From contig JAVZJR010000001.1 of assembly GCA_038870635.1 (NCBI GenBank), positions 116,740 through 180,739 on the forward strand: a stretch of 64,000 nt of DNA, written 5' to 3'. Each line of letters starts with the position of its first letter. Within the stretch, counting starts at the first letter, position 1. The notes below the pieces were generated by a model. That model saw nothing but the letters and a program-made list of their open reading frames with translations, made no database searches and was not told where the DNA came from. Of the stretch, positions 32,828 to 41,906 are shown one piece after another. Origin of the DNA: Candidatus Bilamarchaeaceae archaeon (GTDB taxonomy: Archaea > Micrarchaeota > Micrarchaeia > Anstonellales > Bilamarchaeaceae). A program made the position numbers and the translations under genes.

Positions 32828-35561
32828 TATTATGGATGTTGATAAAAAAGAACTTAGAAAAAGATTTGCACAAGAGTGGGAAAAACATTACAAACTTGAA
32901 GCACTTATTTCGCGTGGTTTTAAAAGGCAAAAGTGTAAAAAATGCGGAAAAAATTTCTGGAGTGTAAAAGAGCGCGACCTTTGTGCTGACGCAAGCTGTA
33001 TAGGATTTCAATTTGTAGGCAACACACCAGTACAAGATAGATTAGGTTATATTGAAACATGGAAAAAGATAGAAAATTACTTCACGGAAAACAACCACAC
33101 TTACATAAAACCATACCCGACCGTGGCAAGATGGCGTGATGATCTTTATTTTACAATTGCAAGCATAAACGATTTTCAACCATATGTAGTAAATGGAGAA
33201 CTCGACCCGCCTGCAAACCCTCTTATTGTCCCACAACCCTGCATAAGGTTTCCAGACATACAAAATGTTGGTGTTACTGGCTCTCATTACACTAACTTTG
33301 TAATGATTGGCCAGCACGCTTTTAACAACGAAAGAACTGGTTTATTTTATTGGAAAGAGGAAGCAATCAATCATGATATAAACTATCTTAATCGTTTAGG
33401 AATACCACTTGAGGAAATAGTATTTCAAGAAGATGTGTGGGCAGGTGGCGGTAATTTCGGTCCAAGCATGGAATATTTTGTTCGTGGGTTAGAGCTTGGT
33501 AATTGTGTTTTCATGCAGTATGAGATTACACCAAGCGGAGCAAGAGAATTACGCACCAAAGTAATCGACATGGGCGCTGGTCTTAGCAGGCTTGCGTGGA
33601 TAACATCAGGAGATCCTACAAGTTATGAAGTGGTTTTTGGAGATGTTGTTGAGATTATGAAAAAAAATGCAGGAATAAAAACAGATAAACAGCTGTTAAC
33701 AAAATTTACTCGCCTTGCAGGTAGCTTAAACATAGATGAAGTAGAAGATATAGAAGCGGCAAAAGAAACTGTTGCAAAAGAGCTCGGAATGGAAAAAAAA
33801 GAACTTTTTGAAAAATTAGAACCATTACAAGCTATTTATGCGAGTGCAGACCATCTATTAACTATTTTATTTACAACAACAGATGGCATGTTGCCTAGCA
33901 ATGCGGGCGGCGGCTACAATTTAAGAATGATATTACGAAGAACTTTTGGTTTCAACGATCGCTACCATCTTAATTTTGATTATGAAAAAATAATAGAAGG
34001 ACATGCAGCTTACTTAGAGCCAATTTTCCCCCATCTAAAAGATGGTACAGAAACAACAATAGATGTTATAGAAGAAGAAAGAAAAAAATATGAAAGCACA
34101 AAGGAAAAGGCGCGGGTTATCGTAGCTAATATCATCCGAAAAGCAAAGGGAAATGATAAAACTGCTAAAAAAGAAAGTGCATACGAAGCAAAAAACAAAA
34201 TAAGTGTAAACGATTTAGTTTTACTCTATAAAAGTCATGGCGTGCCACCCGATTATGTTATTGAAATTGCAAAAGAGAATGATGTAGAAGCGCAAATGCC
34301 CGGTAATTTCTATGAACTAGTAAGAGAAGGAGAAGGCGGTTCTAAGGTTGAAGAAGAAAAGAAAAAAGTATTGGACTTAGATGTAATAGGCTACCCAAAA
34401 ACAGAGGTGCTTTACTATAGCGATATTAGTGAATTTGAAGCTGAAATTATAGATATCACAAAAAACGGCTATGCGGTACTTAATAAAACCGCATTTTATC
34501 CAGAAGGCGGCGGTCAAGTCGCAGACAAGGGATGGATTGAAGGAATAGAGGTCACAGACGTAATAAAAAAACATGGAGTAGTGCTACATAAAGTAGCAGA
34601 ACCAAATAGACTAAAAAAAGGAAAGGTTAGATGCAAAGTAGATACAGCCCGAAGAAAGAGGATAACTACACATCACACTTGCGCGCATCTTTTAAACGCT
34701 GCTGCAAGAGAGGTTCTTGGAGAACACATTTGGCAGGCCGGTTCTTACAAAGATGAAGAGAAAGGACATCTTGATATAACACATTACAAAAAGATAACTC
34801 AGGATGAATTGGATGAGATAGAGAAAAAAGTAAACGAATACATAAGACAAAATCTTCCAATAAAAGTAGAAGTGCTTCCCAGAAACGTTGCTGAGCAAAG
34901 GTATGGTTTTAGATTGTATCAAGGCGGGGCAGTGCCAGGCAAAGAGCTTCGCATAGTATCTATTGGAGATATCGATCACGAAGCGTGCGGCGGCACCCAC
35001 CATATGCTAAAATCCACAGGTGAAATTGGAGTATATAAGATAATAAAAAGAGAAAGCATACAAGACGGCGTAGAGCGAATAACTTATAAAGCAGGAGATG
35101 TAGCCATTAAATATATACAAGAAAGAGAAAAAATGATAAAAAGGACAGCCGCCATAGTAAGTGTAGGGGAAAACGAAATAGAATCCACGATGAAAAGATT
35201 TTTTGAAGAATGGAAGATGCAAAAAAACATTATAGAAAATCTTAGCACCAGATTGGCCGCTGTTGAAAGCCAACAGATAGCCGAAGAACATGCAAAAACC
35301 AAAAAACCAATTTTTAGATTGACTGATCTTGATGTAGAGGTTTTGAAAAAAATAGCGATAACGCTAAGTGCTGAAAACAAAGATATATCGTTTTGTATAC
35401 TCAACAAAAAAGGCGACATAGTATGCGCAAGCGGAGAAAATTCGCTTTATAGCGCTGAAGAGATAATGAAAAAAGTTATTGAGAAGTTAGGTGGAAAAGG
35501 CGGAGGAAGCCGAAGGATAGCGTTTGGTAAAGTTTCAAAGATAGGTATTGTTGAGTTTTAA
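32811..35561 (+). CDS. alaS: Alanine--tRNA ligase (archaeal type)
   Basis: VARWRDD, WAGGGN, IDMGAGL, FYPEGGGQ, HTCAH, CGGTH. Confidence 0.97.
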   Translation: MEKLSDIMDVDKKELRKRFAQEWEKHYKLEALISRGFKRQKCKKCGKNFWSVKERDLCADASCIGFQFVGNTPVQDRLGYIETWKKIENYFTENNHTYIKPYPTVARWRDDLYFTIASINDFQPYVVNGELDPPANPLIVPQPCIRFPDIQNVGVTGSHYTNFVMIGQHAFNNERTGLFYWKEEAINHDINYLNRLGIPLEEIVFQEDVWAGGGNFGPSMEYFVRGLELGNCVFMQYEITPSGARELRTKVIDMGAGLSRLAWITSGDPTSYEVVFGDVVEIMKKNAGIKTDKQLLTKFTRLAGSLNIDEVEDIEAAKETVAKELGMEKKELFEKLEPLQAIYASADHLLTILFTTTDGMLPSNAGGGYNLRMILRRTFGFNDRYHLNFDYEKIIEGHAAYLEPIFPHLKDGTETTIDVIEEERKKYESTKEKARVIVANIIRKAKGNDKTAKKESAYEAKNKISVNDLVLLYKSHGVPPDYVIEIAKENDVEAQMPGNFYELVREGEGGSKVEEEKKKVLDLDVIGYPKTEVLYYSDISEFEAEIIDITKNGYAVLNKTAFYPEGGGQVADKGWIEGIEVTDVIKKHGVVLHKVAEPNRLKKGKVRCKVDTARRKRITTHHTCAHLLNAAAREVLGEHIWQAGSYKDEEKGHLDITHYKKITQDELDEIEKKVNEYIRQNLPIKVEVLPRNVAEQRYGFRLYQGGAVPGKELRIVSIGDIDHEACGGTHHMLKSTGEIGVYKIIKRESIQDGVERITYKAGDVAIKYIQEREKMIKRTAAIVSVGENEIESTMKRFFEEWKMQKNIIENLSTRLAAVESQQIAEEHAKTKKPIFRLTDLDVEVLKKIAITLSAENKDISFCILNKKGDIVCASGENSLYSAEEIMKKVIEKLGGKGGGSRRIAFGKVSKIGIVEF

Positions 35562-36254
35562 CAAAGAAGGTTTTTTCAGAAATTCAAACTTTTGCGGATT
35601 AGCAACAAACTCTAAAAGAATGTCTTTACACTCAAATCCATATCTCTTGTTTATATCATTTGTTTTTACCCTTTCATTTTGTGATATTATATAATAAGGA
35701 TTATGTAAAAAGCCGCCATCAGGTGTAACGTAGTAGGCAGCGCCGTGATTTTTCTTAAACATCGAGTAATCTGATGTAAAATCATCAGCTACGATGTTCG
35801 AAAGAACAAGCATATCTTTACTACTATTAATTGTGGTATGACAAAAGTTAGGTGGTATCAGAAGGATATCACCTTTTTTGCCCTCTACAATAGAAACAAA
35901 AAAACCACCATTCGAAAGTTCTTTTTGCAAAATAAAGATAGCAGTGCCAGAAAGTATTTGGTAAACTTCAGGATAAGAAAGATTTTTTTCTGCAATAGGG
36001 TGGCAATGGCCATAAGTTTTTGACATTTCCTTTTCTTTTTCCCACACGGGTATAACAGTTATGTCGTAGCGAAGTCCATCTTTTTTTATAATTTCTCTAT
36101 ACATGTAATATGCATCACCTTCACTTACTGGCTCCTCATTCAAAACATCTTTAAGTTCTGAAAAAGTTCTTACAATAGGATGAATGGTTTTACTGTTAGC
36201 AATTAAAGTTGTACCCAACAACTCTATACGAAAAGGTTGAGAATAAAAAATCAT
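35535..36254 (-). CDS. Cupin-type glucose-6-phosphate isomerase
   Basis: KTYGHCH, YPEVY, IPP..H.TIN, HGAAYY. Confidence 0.85.
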   Translation of the reverse strand: MIFYSQPFRIELLGTTLIANSKTIHPIVRTFSELKDVLNEEPVSEGDAYYMYREIIKKDGLRYDITVIPVWEKEKEMSKTYGHCHPIAEKNLSYPEVYQILSGTAIFILQKELSNGGFFVSIVEGKKGDILLIPPNFCHTTINSSKDMLVLSNIVADDFTSDYSMFKKNHGAAYYVTPDGGFLHNPYYIISQNERVKTNDINKRYGFECKDILLEFVANPQKFEFLKKPSLLKLNNTYL

Positions 36255-36631
36255 AACTCTATTACTTCTTTCATCTTTTTAAATTCTAGTCTTTTTTCCA
36301 GCACTTTATTGGCTAAAAGACTTTGTCTTTCAAATTTTAGCACGAGAGACCTCATAAAAAAAATAAATTGTGGATTTTGTTCACCTAATTCTTTTTCCAA
36401 AGAAGCCAATGTCTTCAATGCACCCATAAGAAGAGAAGCATTTATAGTTCCATGGCCATTAAGCGTTTGCAAGTAGCTATCTATTATCCCTTTTATGAAA
36501 AAAACTCTATATCGTGTTCTCTTATTCTTTATGTTTGATAGATTTATTCTCTTCATTATAGCAGACAAAGTAAGCCAATCTTCACTAGCAAGAATAGTAG
36601 ATAAGCTACTAGTTTCTTTTTTTGGGTGCAT
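36251..36631 (-). CDS. Hypothetical protein
   Basis: ATGA overlap with downstream gene. Confidence 0.55.
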   Translation of the reverse strand: MHPKKETSSLSTILASEDWLTLSAIMKRINLSNIKNKRTRYRVFFIKGIIDSYLQTLNGHGTINASLLMGALKTLASLEKELGEQNPQFIFFMRSLVLKFERQSLLANKVLEKRLEFKKMKEVIEL

Positions 36632-36662
36632 GGAGAATTATTTTAGTGCAAGTTTAAAAATA

Positions 36663-37394
36663 TTATTCTTCGCAAATGCTAAAACCTATTAAAAACCACG
36701 AGGTGTAGGGAATTTTAAAAGACAATTCTGGAACAGATGCCTGCAGTTGCTCTATAAACAATTTTGTAGGTTGCTTTTTATCTTTTCTTAAAATTTCTAA
36801 ATTCAAAACTAATACATCTTCTGCTGTTAGAAAAGCACGTACAAACTTAAGAGTTACTTTATCATTTTTGCTAAGTGGGTCTCCACCTTCAACTTCTATT
36901 GTTTCACCTTCTTTTAACTCTATAAAATTTGTATTACGAGCTAAAAGAATGAGAGCAACCTTTTTACCAGTTAAACCAAATTGTACTCCACTTTTTCCTA
37001 TTGAAGAAACACATTCTAAATTATTATTTTCTTTATATTGTAAAGAAGAATTACCCTCAATATTATTAACAGAATATAGTACAGAACCCCGCTCTTCTAT
37101 TTTTTCTATTTTAAGAGAGGCACCACAAGAAAGATAAACCTTTTCTCCTTCTGCTAATATTTTAGTAGAGTATTCATTGTTATTTTCTATTTTTACTTTT
37201 ACATAAGAAGGTGGATCACAAGAGAAATTTTTCTGTGTTTGGTAAGGATTGCAAGAGCAAAGTCCAATTAAAAAAATAGAACTCATGAATTTAGAAAAGA
37301 CAGATGCTGGTTTTTTTTGCAACTTTTGGTTATTGTGTTCGTCTATTTTTTTATTATCTTTAATATCTTCGGCTTTTCTTCTTAAAAATTTCAT
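36663..37394 (-). CDS. Hypothetical exported protein/putative lipoprotein
   Basis: Basic N-terminus, hydrophobic stretch, LIGLCSC. Confidence 0.55.
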   Translation of the reverse strand: MKFLRRKAEDIKDNKKIDEHNNQKLQKKPASVFSKFMSSIFLIGLCSCNPYQTQKNFSCDPPSYVKVKIENNNEYSTKILAEGEKVYLSCGASLKIEKIEERGSVLYSVNNIEGNSSLQYKENNNLECVSSIGKSGVQFGLTGKKVALILLARNTNFIELKEGETIEVEGGDPLSKNDKVTLKFVRAFLTAEDVLVLNLEILRKDKKQPTKLFIEQLQASVPELSFKIPYTSWFLIGFSICEE

Positions 37395-37507
37395 ATTGTT
37401 ATTTTGTGTGGTTATTTTTAAAAAGTTATTTTAATTGTAATTAAATGTAAAAAAATCAAATAAAATAATAAAACTTCTTTGTTAAATAGGTTTCATATTT
37501 ATCTTAC

Positions 37508-37657
37508 GCCGAGGTCGCATAATCCGGTAGTGCGTCGGTCTCGAAAATTTTAAAGATGGACAATATCTACCAAGAAAACCGATCCCTTTGGGATTGCAGG
37601 TTCAAAAGCTTTCGCTGAAGCAAAGACTTCAGGAAGCTGAAGCTCCTGCCCTCGGCG
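37508..37657 (+). tRNA. tRNA-Ser(CGA) with introns at 37/38 (37546-37576) and 59/60 (37607-37643)
   Basis: Acceptor GCCGAGG/CCTCGGC; anticodon stem TCGGT/ACCGA; long variable arm; T stem GCAGG/CCTGC; T-loop intron forms perfect BHB (TTCA/TGAA, bulges AAA and GCT). Confidence 0.9.
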
Positions 37658-37659
37658 TT

Positions 37660-38757
37660 TTACAATTTTACCCAATCCAAAAAATCATCTAATATTTTTA
37701 CAACACAAAGAGAAACGCACTTTGCAGAGACTCCTGCCGCTGAAGAAAAACTAGGTGTTGTTCGTCCTTCATCACCACTCACAAGCTCTTTTATATAGGT
37801 ACCAGGTTCAGTTGTTATCAAAAACTCTGCCCGCTTATCTTTTAAAGAAATCAAAGAGATATCGAGAACTTTTCTCTCTCTTGTAAGAAAAGCGCGCCTA
37901 TGCTCAACTCGGATAGGTGTTTTTTGTTTTATAGTCTTACCACTCAATTTAAGTATTTCATTAATTTGCTCTTCTGTTGGTTTGCTCTCGAACTCAACCA
38001 CTGCTCTATAACATTTATCAAAATGAGATGTGGTTACAGTTTCAACTGAACCGCGCCTCACTATCTTCAATCCTTCGACCATAACATTTTTTTTGTTGTT
38101 TATCTCATTCGAAACGTGAAGCAAATTAGGAGTCCTCACTTGAGCACCTTTTAACTGTAGCACAAAAGGCCTGCCTGCCAAATTAGTAACATCGATATCC
38201 TCACGACCAGATGCGTGCATAATATAGGAATCAGCTTTACAAGCCTTCTTAAGAGTCTCGCCGATTTCTTCCTCTACAGAATGGTAGAATTTTCCAAGAT
38301 TTTTACATTTCTCACAGCCTTTTCCGTTGCAATTACTACACACCCACCTTGTTTGAGAAAGGCCGGCCTTTAGTTTTTTATATTTACCAAAAACAAATAG
38401 ATCATTCCAACATATGGAAACATCACCAGCTGGAAATTTAACGAGTAAGATTACGTCGCCATCGCTTTTTGGTTTCTTACCAGATAGAGCACTTATTCGC
38501 TCATTAAGAAACTGATTTATGAATGTCTTTATTGAAACCGTTCCTGTTAGCTTATAATCCCATACAATTTCTTCTCGTGCTAGCCACTCATTAGGTATGG
38601 TTGTCGATAAAGAAAAAAATTTTATATTTGAAGGTAAAAGAGCTGCTCCTTTTTGTGCAATATTTTCTAAAGACCCAATATGGTTTTGACAAATAAAGCA
38701 ATCTCCCTCTTCAAAAGCATTTTTTTTAGAAGAATTACAAACATTACAGAGTTTCAT
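37660..38757 (-). CDS. pus10: tRNA pseudouridine(54/55) synthase
   Basis: HASGREDID, QKTPIRV, GTYIKELVSGD.GRT.PS. Confidence 0.95.
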   Translation of the reverse strand: MKLCNVCNSSKKNAFEEGDCFICQNHIGSLENIAQKGAALLPSNIKFFSLSTTIPNEWLAREEIVWDYKLTGTVSIKTFINQFLNERISALSGKKPKSDGDVILLVKFPAGDVSICWNDLFVFGKYKKLKAGLSQTRWVCSNCNGKGCEKCKNLGKFYHSVEEEIGETLKKACKADSYIMHASGREDIDVTNLAGRPFVLQLKGAQVRTPNLLHVSNEINNKKNVMVEGLKIVRRGSVETVTTSHFDKCYRAVVEFESKPTEEQINEILKLSGKTIKQKTPIRVEHRRAFLTRERKVLDISLISLKDKRAEFLITTEPGTYIKELVSGDEGRTTPSFSSAAGVSAKCVSLCVVKILDDFLDWVKL

Positions 38758-39116
38758 ATAGTTATATCACGATGTGGTAATGATGGTAAATTATTTTTTA
38801 TCCTATAACCTTCCAAAATAAGCGAAGCACGCTTAACCTTTGCTTTTTTGTTTTCAGGTATTTTTTCTTTTAGAAGATCGTCAACATAAATACCAAAATC
38901 TGCAAGCGTAGTGCTACCGTTTCTTGCTAAAAAACTCAAAACATCTATGACCATTTTCCTACCTTCAAGATCATCCCCCCAAACACTTAGAGATAAAGCA
39001 ACTTGGTTTATGAAGTGCATCTTCTCTGTTTCATTCATGTTTTTCCAGCATTTCATTAGTTTTTCTTTTATTTCATCATCTATGCGGTCTAATATTTCTT
39101 TCATCCAATCACCCAT
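38754..39116 (-). CDS. Hypothetical protein
   Basis: Overlapping operon ORF. Confidence 0.7.
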   Translation of the reverse strand: MGDWMKEILDRIDDEIKEKLMKCWKNMNETEKMHFINQVALSLSVWGDDLEGRKMVIDVLSFLARNGSTTLADFGIYVDDLLKEKIPENKKAKVKRASLILEGYRIKNNLPSLPHRDITI

Positions 39117-39496
39117 TTGTTTAGATTAGACCCTAGCTCTTTTGCTGATTGACTTCTTTCAAAAAAATCATAAAGAGCCATTGCTTTTGCTATTGCATTT
39201 TCATCCAAAATGAAACGACCACCCTTAAATTTGGATAGACTCTCCATCACCCACTGCCTCATTTGATCATAAGGCACTTTAGTTATAACCACATTATCTA
39301 TTTCTCCTCTACGTTGACTACGTTGAGCTATAGCTATTTTTTCTAAATCAAGTAAACTTTGCTCAGTAATTATGCGATCACTTCCCTTCCCTTTCCTGTA
39401 GATTTCGCCTGCTTTCTCAAAAATATATGATAAAAATTCGTTAAAATCTCTTCTAAAATCGCTTTTCTTAATATTTCTTTCACCACTTGAAACCAT
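39101..39496 (-). CDS. Hypothetical protein (weak histone-fold resemblance)
   Basis: ORF with GGTG SD; amphipathic helices. Confidence 0.6.
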   Translation of the reverse strand: MVSSGERNIKKSDFRRDFNEFLSYIFEKAGEIYRKGKGSDRIITEQSLLDLEKIAIAQRSQRRGEIDNVVITKVPYDQMRQWVMESLSKFKGGRFILDENAIAKAMALYDFFERSQSAKELGSNLNKWVIG

Positions 39497-39554
39497 GTAT
39501 GCACCATTATTATTTTGCCAAAAATGTTTTATAACCTATCTGAGGATTTAAAAT

Positions 39555-40571
39555 ATGACAGTTCTTTTTATTGTGGAGTCAATTGGCCTCGGCCATGCCA
39601 CAAGAAGTTATGAAATAATAAAAGAATTTTTAAAAAAAGGACATCGTGTGGAAGCGATAGCACACAATAGTGCAGCTGATTTTTTTAAAAGTAAATCAAT
39701 AAACACACATGAAATACCATTATCCATTTTTCCGCAAAAAAATAAAGAAACGGTTGATTTTGGAAAAACATTATTGCAAGGAATAAAATTAAGGAATATT
39801 GTCGCCATAGGCGCGATAAGTGGAATAATAAAAAAGAAAAAACCAAGTGCAATAATCATTGATAGTAGTATAAGCGGGATGATAGCCGCCAATACTACAA
39901 AAGACAAGGCAACGCCTATTCTTTTCATAACAACAGATAACACTTACCAAAGTGGACTAAAAACAACAGAAAAACAAAAACAAAATTTCGGCATAATCAA
40001 TAATTTTATACAGGCAAGTGTAGACGCGTATATCGTCCCAGATTTTCCTCCGCCTTACACTATCAGTGAAAACAACTTGGTCTTAAACAAAAAAATTAAT
40101 TTTGTTGGGCCGCTTTCATGGGCGAAAGGATTTGACATACCAAAAAAAACAAAAGGGGTAATATTAACACAAGGTGGATCAAACATTGTATCGGAAAAAA
40201 TCACAACAATTTTAAAAAATAAAGTATATACTCCTACGCGTGAGGAATATGAAAAAAAATTTATAACAGCAGATGTCGTCATCCACCACGGCGGCCACAC
40301 AACCACAATGGATTGCATCGTTTTAGGGAAACCACAGATAACGATACCAATAGATGGTTATACTGAAAGGATAAACAATGGGAAAAAAATAGAAAAATTA
40401 GGCTTAGGAAAAAATCTCGATGAAAAATGGTTAGATAAGAACACATTAGATTACGCTATAGAAGAAGTAAAAGAATACAAAAAGAACATTATTAAATTCT
40501 CTAAATATGCTCGTTCTTATGATGCGCCAAAAAAAGTATACGAAATTTACGAAAGCTTAAAGAAAAAATAA
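39555..40571 (+). CDS. GT-B glycosyltransferase (family 28/MJ1255-like)
   Basis: GLGHATR, PDFPPPY, VGP, HHGGHTT. Confidence 0.88.
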   Translation: MTVLFIVESIGLGHATRSYEIIKEFLKKGHRVEAIAHNSAADFFKSKSINTHEIPLSIFPQKNKETVDFGKTLLQGIKLRNIVAIGAISGIIKKKKPSAIIIDSSISGMIAANTTKDKATPILFITTDNTYQSGLKTTEKQKQNFGIINNFIQASVDAYIVPDFPPPYTISENNLVLNKKINFVGPLSWAKGFDIPKKTKGVILTQGGSNIVSEKITTILKNKVYTPTREEYEKKFITADVVIHHGGHTTTMDCIVLGKPQITIPIDGYTERINNGKKIEKLGLGKNLDEKWLDKNTLDYAIEEVKEYKKNIIKFSKYARSYDAPKKVYEIYESLKKK

Positions 40572-40742
40572 TGCCAAGGGGGGAATTCGAATCCCCGACC
40601 TCTCGATTTTGATTCGAGAGGGCATCGAACGAAGTTCGATACAACCTCTCGATTTCTCAGTAAATTTCATCGGCTTTCGCCTCAACACTCATAGGAATTT
40701 CACCTATGAGTCGAGCACTCTAACCAACTGAGCTACCTTGGC
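40572..40742 (-). tRNA. Elongator tRNA-Met(CAT) with 51-nt 37/38 intron (40654-40704) plus a 46-nt second insert
   Basis: GCCAAGG/CCTTGGC acceptor; CTCGA-CTCATA...A-TCGAG anticodon arm; GGGGA TTCGAAT TCCCC T arm; G1-C72 and no GGG/CCC stem, so not initiator. Confidence 0.88.
40654..40704 (-). ncRNA. Intron-encoded box C/D sRNA predicted to guide Cm34 of the host pre-tRNA-Met
   Basis: Guide CCTATGAGT, D' TTGA, GGC-GAAA-GCC hairpin, C' GATGA, D CTGA; the D'+5 base pairs with C34. Confidence 0.75.
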
Positions 40743-40784
40743 AAAAGATAGCGAAGTGCAGTGACAGCAAATGCATGTCACTCA

Positions 40785-40801
40785 AACTGAGCTACCTTGG
40801 C
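40785..40801 (-). repeat. 17-bp duplicate of the tRNA-Met 5' end (copy of 40726-40742)
   Basis: aactgagctaccttggc occurs twice, 59 bp apart. Confidence 0.9.
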
Positions 40802-40853
40802 GATTATATATAAAAATAGATAGACAAAAATTTAAAAATTAGTATAAAAAAAG

Positions 40854-41474
40854 CTATTTTTCTTTATCTAAAATGAATAGAGGACCTCCGTCTTTACTAC
40901 AATTATAAAAAATTTTATAATTGGGTTTCCATTCGTAAAAATTACAGATAATCTCATTATCTTTATCAACAGTTAAATGATAAAGTTCATAATAATAAGT
41001 CCTATCATCCTTTTTCCATCGGCCTACAACAAAGATATGGTCGTCTCCTATAAATACTTTTTCTATATCAGCCTTTTTTCGTATAGAACATGTTGTAACA
41101 GTTTGCTGGGTGTATTCCTTTATTCCTGATTTATTATCAAAGTTTTTTTTCTCATCAATTGATATAAACCAAAATTTATCTGTAGGAGAAATTATTAACA
41201 AATAAAAGGGCGCTCTGTCTTTTTTATTAAATTCCTTTAAATAAAAAATTTTATTGAAGTCTTCTTTTTTAAAACCCGGAATTTGAATGTTCGCCTCTAA
41301 GAACTTTTCAATAGCATTAGATCTTTTCTCAATACTATCATTTCTTATTTCTTCAAGTGGCTCTTTGCAAGATTTAACTGTATCTAATTTTATATTATTT
41401 GCAAATGTATTAGTAGCAATGGCAGTAGCAAGAAGAAGAGCAGCAGCCTTCTTTTTAAATGCCATGTTTACCAT
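40854..41474 (-). CDS. Secreted hypothetical protein
   Basis: Signal peptide FKKKAAALLLATAIATNTFA. Confidence 0.7.
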   Translation of the reverse strand: MVNMAFKKKAAALLLATAIATNTFANNIKLDTVKSCKEPLEEIRNDSIEKRSNAIEKFLEANIQIPGFKKEDFNKIFYLKEFNKKDRAPFYLLIISPTDKFWFISIDEKKNFDNKSGIKEYTQQTVTTCSIRKKADIEKVFIGDDHIFVVGRWKKDDRTYYYELYHLTVDKDNEIICNFYEWKPNYKIFYNCSKDGGPLFILDKEK

Positions 41475-41826
41475 TTTCTTTTTTATTTTTCATATAGATC
41501 TCATATGACTTTACTACATATTCTACTCCAAAAGGCTTACTAAACATATCAACGAAAAGCTTCTGGCCCTTTTCATTGCTTAAATCAAGATCTTTATTTT
41601 GAAAAGAAGCTCCGATAATTTTACCTTCCTTTAACGCCTCGCTTAACTTCTTTTTACTATTAACAATTTTTTCTACGTCGTTTAAACGAACCTCACCATT
41701 AAAAGTGACTGTTATATCTCCACCAAATAAACCTAATTTAACAATAGTTATCTTATTTTCTTCTTTTTGCATAGGTTGGGGCACTTGACCTAATACATTA
41801 TTTTTTTCTTTTTGTGCAGAAACCAT
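41455..41826 (-). CDS. Hypothetical protein
   Basis: Start trimmed to MVSAQ (41838 also possible); own TATA-like element upstream. Confidence 0.55.
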   Translation of the reverse strand: MVSAQKEKNNVLGQVPQPMQKEENKITIVKLGLFGGDITVTFNGEVRLNDVEKIVNSKKKLSEALKEGKIIGASFQNKDLDLSNEKGQKLFVDMFSKPFGVEYVVKSYEIYMKNKKENGKHGI

Positions 41827-41906
41827 ATTCAACACCATAATAATTTTAGAATATAAACATTTAAAAATATATAGAAAACCATAATTTGACACAACTACAC
41901 AAAAAA

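Noticed and set aside
40602..40618. CTCGA-ATCAAAA-TCGAG as a functional Leu(CAA) anticodon arm
   Set aside because: A32 is atypical, the tRNA body is Met-type, and a separate tRNA-Leu(CAA) exists at 55326-55466
40572..40742. CAT tRNA as initiator Met or Ile2
   Set aside because: G1-C72, no three G-C anticodon pairs, GCC start and a predicted Cm34 guide fit elongator Met better
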